Assembly (NCBI GenBank): GCA_965240325.2
Contig: OZ251222.1
Coordinates: 2,976,001 to 3,040,000, forward strand
Length of the DNA: 64,000 bases
DNA from: Rebecca billardiae RCC1528
Taxonomy: Eukaryota; Protista; Haptophyta
Direction of reading: 5' to 3'
Shown here in pieces: positions 12,888 to 24,605 of the stretch; the first letter of the stretch is position 1; every line of letters begins with the position of its first letter. The notes beneath the pieces are model-generated. The model ran no database searches, was not told the DNA's origin, and was given only the letters and a program-made list of their open reading frames with translations. The position numbers and the translations under genes are program-made.

Positions 12888-15800
12888 GGCAGGCCCCTTA
12901 TAACGGGGGTGGACTCCATTTTTAACTTTGCGACGGCGCGAAAAGGGAAAGAGAGAGGGAGGAAGAGGGAGGAAGAAGGGGGAGAAGAGGGAGGGAAAAA
13001 GAGGGAGAAAGGAAAGAGAGGGAGGAATCGGAGGATGTGAATATGCGGTTATCACTCTCACGCGGGCCGCACCGGCGGTCGGCGGAGGTGTCACTCACCG
13101 TCAGCCCACGCCACAACGGTGCTTACCGCGCGCCTCACCGCAGTCACCGCTGCTTACCGGTACCACTGCTACGCCAGCACAGTCCCTGCGGCCTGCCTGA
13201 TTGCGCGCGCGCCCACGCCCACGCGGCACACGGCCACGCACCCGGCCACACCTGCCACACGCACTGTCAGCAGTGGGGCGGTGCGCGCGGCCAGGCACAC
13301 GCGCCGGCCACGGCCGCAACCTCGCGCTACGGCCACTGCTGTGGCGCCACTGCTGCGGCGCCGCACGCGGGTGCTGCTCCGCGCGCGCGGCTCTCTCCTC
13401 CTCCGCCGCGATGATACACACCGCGCGCAGCACGCGTCGCTGCGCCCGTGCGCCGTGGGCACACATAATCCAGGTTGAGCGTCGCCGAGGTGTTGGCGAG
13501 GAGCGCCGCCGCCAGCGCAGTCATCGGCTGTAACACTCGACCCACCGCCACCAGCCGCATCGCTTGGACTGGCACCGTCATGGCGACAGACGGCGTGAGG
13601 GGGCGATGCAGGCGGGTTGCTGTAAGCGACAGCGTCCCGGCCGCGCTCCGCTCACGCAGTGCCATCCGCTGCGCCATTAGCACAGCGACTCACGCCGCAC
13701 TGCCAGCATGCACTGCCCTGTCCTGAGACTTAGAACTTGCATTGGCTGCTGTCATCGGCAGTGCCATCACTGTCACTGCCAAACTGTCGAGAGGTGCACA
13801 TGAATAAGCAGCGGCTCCGGCCGTGACGCGCGGCCCTCGATCTAATCTCTATCCGTACAGTTTCTGATGAGTAAATTTGACTGAATTGACTGAGTATGAT
13901 TCTGCTATCAGTGAGTCTGGAGCGTGCTCACTCGAGTCTCGATGCTGCCGGCGCTGCGGCGCAGTCGCCAGTCGGCGCCGTGCCATGTGGCACATGATGC
14001 CGATCAGCCGATCAGAAGCTGAAGCGTGATGACGACGATAACACGGCGCCGGCAAAGCAGGACTTGAGAGCACTGCAGCACTCTGCACTGCTACGTCGCG
14101 ACGACAATGAGATGGAGAACAACTACGCAGGTGAGCGCCAAATGGCAGCAGCAGCTGACGGTGCGCAGCAGCCGATTGCGTTTCGCCGTTATGCCCAGGC
14201 AGCATATCCCGGCGGGGCGTTGTGATGTTGAGATGATTGACCTCGTTGAAGCGCGCTCGGCCGCACCTCGACCACCGCACAACGATGCAGATTGGCGGCG
14301 TGAGCGTAGCAGTGGCCACAAGATCGCTCGCAGCTTCAGGCGACCCACACACGGCGAGCTCGATGCAAGACGTGAAATGTATGCGAGAGTGGCGAGCGCT
14401 CGCCTGACTCGCGAAGACGCCAGACGATGGGGGTGTCGGAACACCCGAATCATCGTCACCCGCCCGTGCGAGAGCGCGCGCTGCGACCCGGCCGCGTGGC
14501 CACTGCGAGGAGCGGATGGAGGAGACGATCCTGCCATCGGAAAGGGTTGAGCAGAGCTCCCTGCTCACGATGCATCGCATCGCATCGGGATGTCAAGCCG
14601 CTGGAACGCCCGCAGGCCGCGGAACCCGCACGAGCGTGGCTGACGAAAGACATGATGCGTTGACGCGTCGTGCCAAACCGGGCCGCGAGGGCCGGTGCGC
14701 TTCGCGAACCGTCGCAACTTTCGTCCATATCTGGAGACTGGTGTTTGGTATGAGCGAGCGGCTTCTCTATTGAACCCAGTGCCACCTCTATTCGAACCCA
14801 GTGCCACCTCTAAGTGACCCAGTGCCACCCTTCTATGAACCCAGTGCCACTTCTTCTATGATGACATATGGGGACCCAGTGCCACTGCTACCCGCCTGGC
14901 ACTGGGTTTGCTATTGATTTTCATATTGGTAACCCAGTGCCACCCACCCCCGGCACAGAAGGCCTGCCGACAAAGGCAGGCCCCTTATAACGGGGGTGGA
15001 CTCCATTTTTAACTTTGCGACGGCGCGAAAAGGGAAAGAGAGAGGGAGGAAGAGGGAGGAAGAAGGGGGAGAAGAGGGAGGGAAAAAGAGGGAGAAAGGA
15101 AAGAGAGGGAGGAATCGGAGGATGTGAATATGCGGTTATCACTCTCACGCGGGCCGCACCGGCGGTCGGCGGAGGTGTCACTCACCGTCAGCCCACGCCA
15201 CAACGGTGCTTACCGCGCGCCTCACCGCAGTCACCGCTGCTTACCGGTACCACTGCTACGCCAGCACAGTCCCTGCGGCCTGCCTGATTGCGCGCGCGCC
15301 CACGCCCACGCGGCACACGGCCACGCACCCGGCCACACCTGCCACACGCACTGTCAGCAGTGGGGCGGTGCGCGCGGCCAGGCACACGCGCCGGCCACGG
15401 CCGCAACCTCGCGCTACGGCCACTGCTGTGGCGCCACTGCTGCGGCGCCGCACGCGGGTGCTGCTCCGCGCGCGCGGCTCTCTCCTCCTCCGCCGCGATG
15501 ATACACACCGCGCGCAGCACGCGTCGCTGCGCCCGTGCGCCGTGGGCACACATAATCCAGGTTGAGCGTCGCCGAGGTGTTGGCGAGGAGCGCCGCCGCC
15601 AGCGCAGTCATCGGCTGTAACACTCGACCCACCGCCACCAGCCGCATCGCTTGGACTGGCACCGTCATGGCGACAGACGGCGTGAGGGGGCGATGCAGGC
15701 GGGTTGCTGTAAGCGACAGCGTCCCGGCCGCGCTCCGCTCACGCAGTGCCATCCGCTGCGCCATTAGCACAGCGACTCACGCCGCACTGCCAGCATGCAC

Positions 15801-17064
15801 TGCCCTGTCCTGAGACTTAGAACTTGCATTGGCTGCTGTCATCGGCAGTGCCATCACTGTCACTGCCAAACTGTCGAGAGGTGCACATGAATAAGCAGCG
15901 GCTCCGGCCGTGACGCGCGGCCCTCGATCTAATCTCTATCCGTACAGTTTCTGATGAGTAAATTTGACTGAATTGACTGAGTATGATTCTGCTATCAGTG
16001 AGTCTGGAGCGTGCTCACTCGAGTCTCGATGCTGCCGGCGCTGCGGCGCAGTCGCCAGTCGGCGCCGTGCCATGTGGCACATGATGCCGATCAGCCGATC
16101 AGAAGCTGAAGCGTGATGACGACGATAACACGGCGCCGGCAAAGCAGGACTTGAGAGCACTGCAGCACTCTGCACTGCTACGTCGCGACGACAATGAGAT
16201 GGAGAACAACTACGCAGGTGAGCGCCAAATGGCAGCAGCAGCTGACGGTGCGCAGCAGCCGATTGCGTTTCGCCGTTATGCCCAGGCAGCATATCCCGGC
16301 GGGGCGTTGTGATGTTGAGATGATTGACCTCGTTGAAGCGCGCTCGGCCGCACCTCGACCACCGCACAACGATGCAGATTGGCGGCGTGAGCGTAGCAGT
16401 GGCCACAAGATCGCTCGCAGCTTCAGGCGACCCACACACGGCGAGCTCGATGCAAGACGTGAAATGTATGCGAGAGTGGCGAGCGCTCGCCTGACTCGCG
16501 AAGACGCCAGACGATGGGGGTGTCGGAACACCCGAATCATCGTCACCCGCCCGTGCGAGAGCGCGCGCTGCGACCCGGCCGCGTGGCCACTGCGAGGAGC
16601 GGATGGAGGAGACGATCCTGCCATCGGAAAGGGTTGAGCAGAGCTCCCTGCTCACGATGCATCGCATCGCATCGGGATGTCAAGCCGCTGGAACGCCCGC
16701 AGGCCGCGGAACCCGCACGAGCGTGGCTGACGAAAGACATGATGCGTTGACGCGTCGTGCCAAACCGGGCCGCGAGGGCCGGTGCGCTTCGCGAACCGTC
16801 GCAACTTTCGTCCATATCTGGAGACGGGTGTTTGGTATGAGCGAGCGGCTTCTCTATTGAACCCAGTGCCACCTCTATTCGAACCCAGTGCCACCTCTAA
16901 GTGACCCAGTGCCACCCTTCTATGAACCCAGTGCCACTTCTTCTATGATGACATATGGGGACCCAGTGCCACTGCTACCCGCCTGGCACTGGGTTTGCTA
17001 TTGATTTTCATATTGGTAACCCAGTGCCACCCACCCCCGGCACAGAAGGCCTGCCGACAAAGGC
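12888..17064. repeat. 2087-bp head-to-tail tandem duplication (12888-14974 / 14975-17064)
   Basis: Identical ORF sets are offset by exactly 2087. One substitution was noticed (GAGACTGGT vs GAGACGGGT). GGC microhomology at the junction. Confidence 0.95.
14772..14943 (+). repeat. Array of the ACCCAGTGCCAC motif (6 direct + 1 inverted); duplicated at 16859-17030
   Basis: The first four copies are spaced 21-22 bp apart; an inverted GGCACTGGGTT lies at ~14898. Confidence 0.9.
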
Positions 17065-17379
17065 GGGGGACGACTAGGCTGTTCTGCCCCGCTCGTCCCG
17101 GGCGGGCGCGGCCGGCCCATCGGGCAAGGACCATGCGGGCGTCACCACCGCACTGACAAGGACACCTCGGAGCCCCGCTCGCCTGGCGGCAGTCGACGTC
17201 GTGCCGGGCTGCGCCGGCTGCGTTGACCGGCTGTGAGGCGGCTTGGAAGAGTGCTGCAAAGTGTTGTTCGGCCCCGCGCGACCGTGCGCTCGAGGTCGGC
17301 GCGTTGTCGTCATAGATAATGCAGCTGGCAAGGCCAACGCCGGTCATAGCACGCGGTTGGCAAGCCACCCGCGCGCCCT

Positions 17380-17676
17380 GCACGTGCTCGAGCTGCGGCG
17401 TCATCGTCATCTCATGCTGAGCTGCCATCGTCCCTGTCTTGCCGGCAGCCGAAGGGCGAGCTCGAGCGGCGGCGCGCGGCCGCATCCGAGGCGAACGTCA
17501 GCGGATGTGCAGCGAGACGGTTCGATGCCAGCACGTGCTCGAGCTGCGGCGTCGTCATCTCATGCAGCTGGCATCGTCCCTGTCTTGCCGACAGCCGAAG
17601 GGCGAGCACGACGGCGGCGCGCGGCCCGCATCCGAGGCGAACATCAGCCGATGTGCAGCGAGACGGTTCGATGCCA
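17380..17676. repeat. Diverged ~150-bp tandem duplication
   Basis: GCACGTGCTCGAGCTGCGGCGTC...GAGACGGTTCGATGCCA occurs twice in tandem. Confidence 0.8.
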
Positions 17677-18772
17677 GCTGGACGCTCATGGAGCAGTGCA
17701 TGTCCCTGCAGAGCTGGCCGTGCTCTGCGGCGGGCCGGCCGCTGCCGACGCCGACCGGGACGACGACACGCCGCAGCGCTGGGACGAGTGCTGGCCGGAC
17801 CATCCGAACGCCCGCGGCCGCGTCGCGCGAGCGAACGCTCGTCGACTTTGACGGCCTCCCTGTGCCCGCCGGCTCGACCGCCCCGACAACGCCGACGTCG
17901 CGAGCGCGCCGTCACCCAAAGGTTGAGCGCGCGGGGCGCAAGGCACGCCCGCCATCGCTTTTCGCTCGCCGCGCCCAGCCACAGTCCGGACACAGACAGT
18001 CCGGAGCGCGGCGGCAGATGTCGATCTGGCAGATGTCGATCTGGTGCTTAGTCCCGAAAAAGTCTGAAAGATGCAGATTGCGGCAGATTTTTGGCCGTCC
18101 CAGACTGCAGTCCGGACGTTCACTTTTGCCCGAGCGAGCGAGTCGCGCTTTAGTACACTGCAGACTGTCAAGATCCAACGTTACCGGACTCGCTCTCCTG
18201 TGCATACACACCCGGATCACCAACCGTCACTGGACACCACATACGCCGACTCTCATTATCAGGTCGGCATCACACTTACTCCCATCATGGTTCATTTCAC
18301 GACTTACCCGTTGATGGCTATCTGAGCCTTTCCCACGGTCCCAGGACTGTCGGGTGCGCACCTAGCGACTGGCTCGTCAGTTCATACCGCTTCGCATTGC
18401 ATCAGTCGAACCTCCGTCTCTCGGGGCATCCTCGCCCCCCTCGTCACGCTCTCGGGCCTCACGGCCCTGTCGCTCTCTTCACCCTTTGACAACGACAATC
18501 CGTCCACTCACACGCGCGCTTTCAGCTTTTTATTCCAATAACTTTCAACTTTAGCCTGCACCCGAAGCGCCTCGTCGTCGACTCGCCTGCCTGAGCTGTG
18601 TGCGTCTCTTATTCGGCGGTGTCTTTGTGCAGTGTTGGATCTATTCCTTTGGTTGGATGGCGTCAATCACGCCTTTATAATAACCAAGTGTGCGCGTTAA
18701 AACATAGTACAGTAAACTGTAGTACGCCTTAACCAAGGGCGTTCCCGGGATCCTGCCACACGCTCCTGAAAA

Positions 18773-18799
18773 GCAAAGCCCCCGCTGCGGGGGCTTTGC
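18773..18799. other. Perfect 13-bp-arm inverted repeat flanked by A and T tracts
   Basis: GCAAAGCCCCCGC-T-GCGGGGGCTTTGC, preceded by AAAA and followed by CTTTTT. Confidence 0.85.
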
Positions 18800-19482
18800 C
18801 TTTTTCCGTATTCAAATGTACCCGCTTCAAATGGAGGAAGCCCGTTTCGATAGGAAGGTGGTTCAATTTGGCGTATGACCAATGCGGGGAACGCCCCTGG
18901 AGAGGAGCACGTACTGTATCCCCTTGGAGAGCCCAAGAACGTTCCAACGTCGACCAAAGACCAAAACTGGGCGAGATAAAATCCCTTTTTTCGATGCTGA
19001 GTCGTCAGATTGGATTGAGGCGGCTCCAGCCTGAGCCGCGCGGCGCGCGGCAGCGCGCGCGCGATGGGCGCAGGGCGGCGTCCAGCGCGTCAAGATGTCA
19101 TGGCGCAGCTAGAGACGCATGTCGCTGCCGCGCCCACTGGCGCAGCTTGCTCAGTGCATCCTGTCAGGCCTGTAGGCAGCGTGTCTGGCGCTTCCCAGGG
19201 CCAGCATCACTCCACGCCAATCACGTGAGCCGCGCCCGCGGTCCGTGCCGCGAGCCCGGACTCGGCCGGAGCTGTTGCATGACTCACCTCGTCCAACATG
19301 CCGCAGGTTGGCGGTGCTGCTCGCTACGATCACCTCCCTGCTGACTCAGCTGCGACCGAGCCCATCCAGTTGGCTCCGATCAACCGGCTCGCCCATCAAC
19401 CGGCTGGGCCGACCGCAGGCATGCTGGCAACCGCACGGCGGCCCGCTCTGAGCTTGCAGGGTGAGTCAGCGGGTTTCGACGT

Positions 19483-19860
19483 TCTCTGATTCGTCTGTCA
19501 AAGCATTCCTTTGGCCGACGTAATGATTGGAGACGGATGACGATGTCGGACTCGGAGCGCGTTGGCCGCGGGTGAGGGAGTCGTCGCCGATGCCGGATCA
19601 CACGGAGGCCGAGCGGTTGTACTGTGTACAGGCGCCCAGGGATGCCGCTGTATTTGCAGTCGTCGCCGGCCTTTGGTCATCATGTAGTTGCCCGCGTCGT
19701 CGTCCGAGACTGTTCAAGTTGATGCCGTAGTGCAGATAGTGGATGTAACTAATTCTATGATTTAAAGACACAGGCACGAGGGCGAGGCTCTCATGATGAT
19801 TCGTCCGTGTGTGACTCCAATCAATGTCGAAGTACTGACTGATTGGATTTGGAGGAGGGA
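19483..19860 (-). mobile_element. Two tandem truncated copies of a putative retroelement 3'-end family
   Basis: 19483-19746 is homologous to 63713-63947. 19748-19805 carries the conserved terminus ACTAATTCTATGATTTAAAGACACAGGCACGAGGGCG, also seen at 50110 and 63671. Confidence 0.65.
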
Positions 19861-21435
19861 TCTCTGACTCAGCCACACAGTGATTTTTTTCTCGACTACG
19901 GCCATATTTTTCTTCGCGCGAAATTTGTTTCCTTCGCGCGCGAAAAAAATTCATTCCGATGCAAGAAGAACTTTTCCTTTCCCGACAAAGCCGCGGGCGG
20001 CACGATTTAATAAATCCGGGCGTGCCCCCGCGAAAACACTTTCTGTCGGAGAAAGAGTACTTTTTCTTTCGGACGAATTTTCGCGCGAAAAACTTTCTGC
20101 GAAGGAATTTTTGGCCGCCGAGCAGAAAATAAAAGGTCAGTTGAGATTAATGAGAAGCATTGCGGGCATGCAGCGCCCAGCGATGGCGAGCACCGAGCCC
20201 TCGTCCTGAGGACTGGTGCGAGTGGTGCCCCGGCAGGGGGTGGACTCAGGACGGTGTCACTGTCGGTGGACGTGCCACGTGGTGGCGGAGCGGACTATGT
20301 CTACGCCGGACTACGGGGCACGGGCCGTCGGGCGCCGACTCCCGCCGGCCGCCGACGGCGCGAAGTCCTCACTCAGACTCACAGACTGCCGGGCCCGCGG
20401 GGCATCTCGAGGGCGCTATATATATGTGTGTCCTTGGCCCTGCGCACGCAACCAACTGCCAGGATGCGGCAGGCGCATACTTACTTCATGCAGACACTCC
20501 TGCTTATTGGGATTTTCTCGGCGTCGAAGATATGTTGCAGCCCCCGGCGGGCTGCAGAGGGGCACAGCAGGCAGCGACCAGAAGCAGGCGGAGCGAGAGG
20601 AGGTTGTCGCGTCACGCCGTAAGATCGCGTCACGCCGCGTAAGATGCCGTAGTTAATAAGATAAAGGCGGAGATAGGGGAGGTGGAGGGAAGAGCACTTC
20701 GGCACGAGGGCAGCTGAGAAATGTCAGCACGCGGCCGAACAGCTTGCCAGAGGGCTGGGGATCCAGCTGGCAGCTGGCTCGCCGAAGCCGAGGGCAAGCG
20801 GCGTCGTGGCGCGCGAGTCGCCGAGATTGCATCTGCGGTAACTTCGATGACTGCCTCGTTGATGAGCAGGTATGCAGCGCTGGCATACTGGAGCCTCGTC
20901 ACCGCTTGATATGGAGATGAAGAAGGCGGCCAGCTGTTTGTACTCCGAACTTGAGTGCCCCCCAATGTATGATCGACCGGCTGTAGACGAGGGGCCAATA
21001 GATGAGCTGGAACATAGCTGGGCAACCGAGTTCGTATTCATTGATGCATCACAAAGGCATACATGTTACTTGTACCGGATGCTTGACGATGGCGGGAATG
21101 GTGAGCGCTCGGGGTGGTTGCTCCGGCCGCCAGAATGATGATGAATTATTTGTATCAGCCATGCTGTAGGCGAGCGCCGAACAGGTATACTGTAGCCCTT
21201 CATCAGCAGTGGCAGTGGGCTAGCTCAGCTTGGGAGGCAAAGGGTGCCTAGGCATCAAGCGGCTGCAGCAAGCGCGTGACTGTGCGTTGATGTCGAGAAT
21301 CGCCATCAATTGGTTCACCTTGAACGACGCAAGCGGACAGAGTCTATCGGCGGGTAGTATGGCCACGTACTTCTCGCCAGCGGACACAATCGATTATTGT
21401 GCCAATAACACCACACATATATATATATATTAATT

Positions 21436-22034
21436 AAAACGACGTGGTATGCAACGGGCAGGCGTCAGAGTCAGCAAGCTGTAGCAGCAGATCGAGCAGC
21501 AGAGACAAACACCAGGATCAGCGCTCCTCGCCGTCGTCCCCCCCCCTCGTAGTCGCCCATCACTCCATCGCCGAGCGGAAGCTCGACGCACCGTCTGGCG
21601 TCGACGCGCGCGCGCCACCGCGGTGGTCGCGGTGCCACGCGTCACGGGCGGCCCGGCCCGGCGGCCCGCCCGCCCGCCCGTGGCCGCCGGGCCGCCGGCG
21701 GGGCGGCGGGCCCCCGCCCCACGCGTCGTCAGCCGTCGTCTCGAAGTAGTCGTCGTAGTATGCAGCGCCCCGCGGGCGCGTGCCCCTGGCAGGCGCACGT
21801 GCACCATGCGCGCGCGGGCGATGAGCATCTTGGCCTGGCCACGCAGGCAGCGCATGCCCAGCTCGCGCCGCATCAGCATGGTGCCGAGCAGCGCGCGCTC
21901 GGCGGCGGGGCGCGAGGGCGCGCTGAGGCGCGCGCGCCACGTGTCCCGCCCCATCTTGGCGATCTTCTTGAGGGTGAGGTCGTCCATCTCCGCGCTCCAT
22001 CCACTCGCCGAACGCGGCGGAACGCCCCCACGAC
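21436..22034 (-). mobile_element. 5'-truncated non-LTR retrotransposon remnant (C-terminus of an RLE-type, CRE/NeSL-like ORF) between TA tracts
   Basis: Across small frameshifts it reads VVGAF-GEW-SAEMDDL..KKIAKMG...MRRELGMRCLRGQAKMLIAR, resembling the end of restriction-like endonuclease domains. Bounded by (TA)n at 21417-21435 and 22035-22072. Confidence 0.45.
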
Positions 22035-22426
22035 ATATATATAGGACTAATATATATATATATATATATATATTACCTGCGCTCACTCACTCACTATAAA
22101 ATTTTAGCTTTGTGACGCCAGGCTTCACAGCACGGTGACACTGACTGTCACTGACAGGCTGATCGCCCGGACTGCCCCGGACACTCAGCGGACACTCGCT
22201 GCCTAGCTTCAAGCTAAGTCTCACGGCGCTCCGCGCTGCGCACGCACGGCCGTGAGCCGTGATCTGAGCACCCAGATGATAGGACCCTCCATGGCACACC
22301 GGCCTTTTCGCGGTCCCGCACCGACCTTTCCGATACTGTGACACGTCGGACCATGACTCGCACCCTGATGAGTGAGGTTCCCTCTCCCCCGCCCTCCAGG
22401 CCTCCACGGCCGGCGCCGCCGCGCGG

Positions 22427-24368
22427 CTACAAGAGCTGCGAGTAGCTCGAGCCGTTCCCTGCTCGAGCGCCCACGGGGCCGCGCGAGCCCGGCGAGCGCG
22501 CGCCCTGCGGCGCGACGACGAGCTGCCCGCTCTCGTCGCGCAGCAGAGAGAAGGTGCGCTGCGGCTCGAAGTGGCCGCTGTCGTTGGCACGGATCGGCGT
22601 GCGCGCGCCCGACGGCGGCGCCGTGTTGGGCGCCGAGCTCCACGCCTCCGCCGCGTCCGCCGCGCAGATGGCGAGGAAGAGGAAGAGGCACGAGAAGAGC
22701 ACCCAGCTCACGACCAGGCGGAAGCCCCAGCGGATCCCAAAGTACTCGATCACCACGCCCGAGACCGCGGGCGCGAGGAAGTAGCCGAGCACGTTGTACG
22801 CCATCATCGAGATGGCGGAGGCAAACGTGCGCACGGCCGCGGGCACGGCCGTCAGCAGGACGCCCGTGGCGGGCGCGAGCACCGCGCCGCCCACGACGAG
22901 CAGGCACCAGATCAGCACGATCACCACGACCGCGCTCTCGCTCAGCGCGATCCCTGCCGCCAGGCCGATCCCCACCACCGTGTAGTTGGCCAGCACGCGC
23001 AGGCAGCGCGAGTGGCGCGTGTACCCGCCCGCGCGGTCCACAATCCAGCCGCCTGCGAGCACGCCGATCAGAGGGCCGGTGCTGGACACGAGCGAGAAGG
23101 AGAGGACCTGCGAGCGCCGGCGGGGCGCGTGCGCGGCGTGTGAGCGCGGCGTGAGCGCGGCGTGCTCGCGCGGGGGAGCAGCGCCGCCGCCGCCTCCCCG
23201 CTCGCGCAACGCCCGGCCCAGCACGCGCACGCGCACGCGCACGCCGCGGCGCGGCGGGTGCACGCACCACTGTCGCCGGCTCCATGTGAAAATAGTCGAG
23301 CAGGAAGATGGTCACCCAGTACTGGATGCCCGAGACGATGAAGAAGATGGAGGAGAGGCACAGGAGCACCCACACGAACACGCGCGAGCGCAGCAGAATC
23401 ATCAGCATCGCGCGCACGCCCAAGACCTCGGTGGGCGCGAGCCGAGGCGACGCGGCGGGCGACGGCAGTCGGCTGCCGCTGTTGCGCTTGCGCGGGCTGG
23501 TGAGCGCGAGCTGGTCGGAGCCGACCTCGAGCGTGCGCCGCGGCACCGAGGCGAAGAGCACGCCGAGCGGCACGAGCACCGCGCCCTGCGCGATGAAAGG
23601 CCAGCGCCACCCGCCGATCAGCGCGCCGTCCGTGTGCGCGTACGAGGTGACCAGCCCGCCCGACAGGTAGCCCAGCACGATGCCGAGCGGGACGCCCACC
23701 TGCATCATCGACATGTACGTGGTCTTGGCGTGCGCGGGCGCGTACGAGTCGACCCAGACGGGGAAGTAGATCACGGCGAACGCCTGCGACAGCCCCACGG
23801 CGAAGCGCGTCGCCATCAGCAGCCACACCGTCGGCGAGAGGCCAAAGAGGATGCACGCGATCCCATTCCAGAACACGGCCGTCACGAGCACGCCGCGGAT
23901 GTTTGCGCGCTGCAGGAAGGCGCCGACGAAGGGGGAGACGATCGAGAGCGCGATGTACGGGAGCGAGCCGAGCACGCCGCAAGCCACGTAGCTCAGCGAG
24001 AAGCCGTGGCAGTCCTTGATGCACTCTCGCCTCTCGGCGCCGCCCTCAGCCGCAGGCGCCTCCGCGGCGAGGCGGTGGTGGCGCCCGCGCCTCGAGCTCG
24101 ATGCATGCGCGTCAGTCTCCGCTGGGGCCTCAACGGTCTGCGGTGCCACACCCTCGTCGACTGCTCGCACCTCGTCGGCCGTCGCCGTGAGGTTTGCCGT
24201 GGACGATGGTTGCGCCGGTGGCTCGGCGGCGCCCGCGTCGGGTTGCGCGTACTGCGGCGTGGCGCGCAGCTGGTTGAGCACGCCGGGCAGGGCGCCCGAG
24301 TCGAAGTTGGTCAGGAGGTTTGTCGTGAACACCAGAGCGAACGTCCGGCCCGGCGTCCAGAACGGCAT
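22427..24368 (-). CDS. Spinster-like MFS transporter; exons 24368-23268 and 23107-22427
   Basis: 'TNLLTNFDSGALPG', 'RFAVGLSQAFAVIYFPVWVD..AP', 'GWRWPF', 'YNVLGYFLAP'. About 12 hydrophobic segments. GT-AG intron 23108-23267 keeps the frame. Confidence 0.88.
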
Positions 24369-24605
24369 CCCGCCCGATCCCGCGCCAGGGCTCGTGCCCG
24401 ACGAATGCGGCGCTCTTGAACTTCCGCCGTCTCTGCGCGGGACCCAGTCCGGTTTCGAGCAGAGCTTCCGGACGCCCACACAGATCGGCAGGATGGCGGC
24501 GGCGGCGCCCGCCGCCCGGGGACCAAGGCCAAAAGTTGGCCAAGACTCTTGGCCAACGGACTCGCTCGTGCTGCACTGCGGGTGGGTGCGCGGCGTGGGT
24601 GCGCG

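Noticed and set aside
14772-14943. CRISPR-like repeat-spacer array
   Set aside because: The repeat is only 12 bp and most spacers are about 10 bp and related to each other.
12922-18325. Many 60-290-aa ORFs in and after the tandem duplication
   Set aside because: No recognisable motifs, non-ATG starts and overlaps in all frames, as expected by chance at high GC.
18773-18805. Functional bacterial rho-independent terminator
   Set aside because: There is no upstream bacterial-type gene and the locus is nuclear eukaryotic. Kept only as a structural observation.
19876-19882. CACAGTG as a Transib/RSS-like terminus
   Set aside because: No matching inverted end, nonamer or transposase was found, and a 7-mer is expected by chance.
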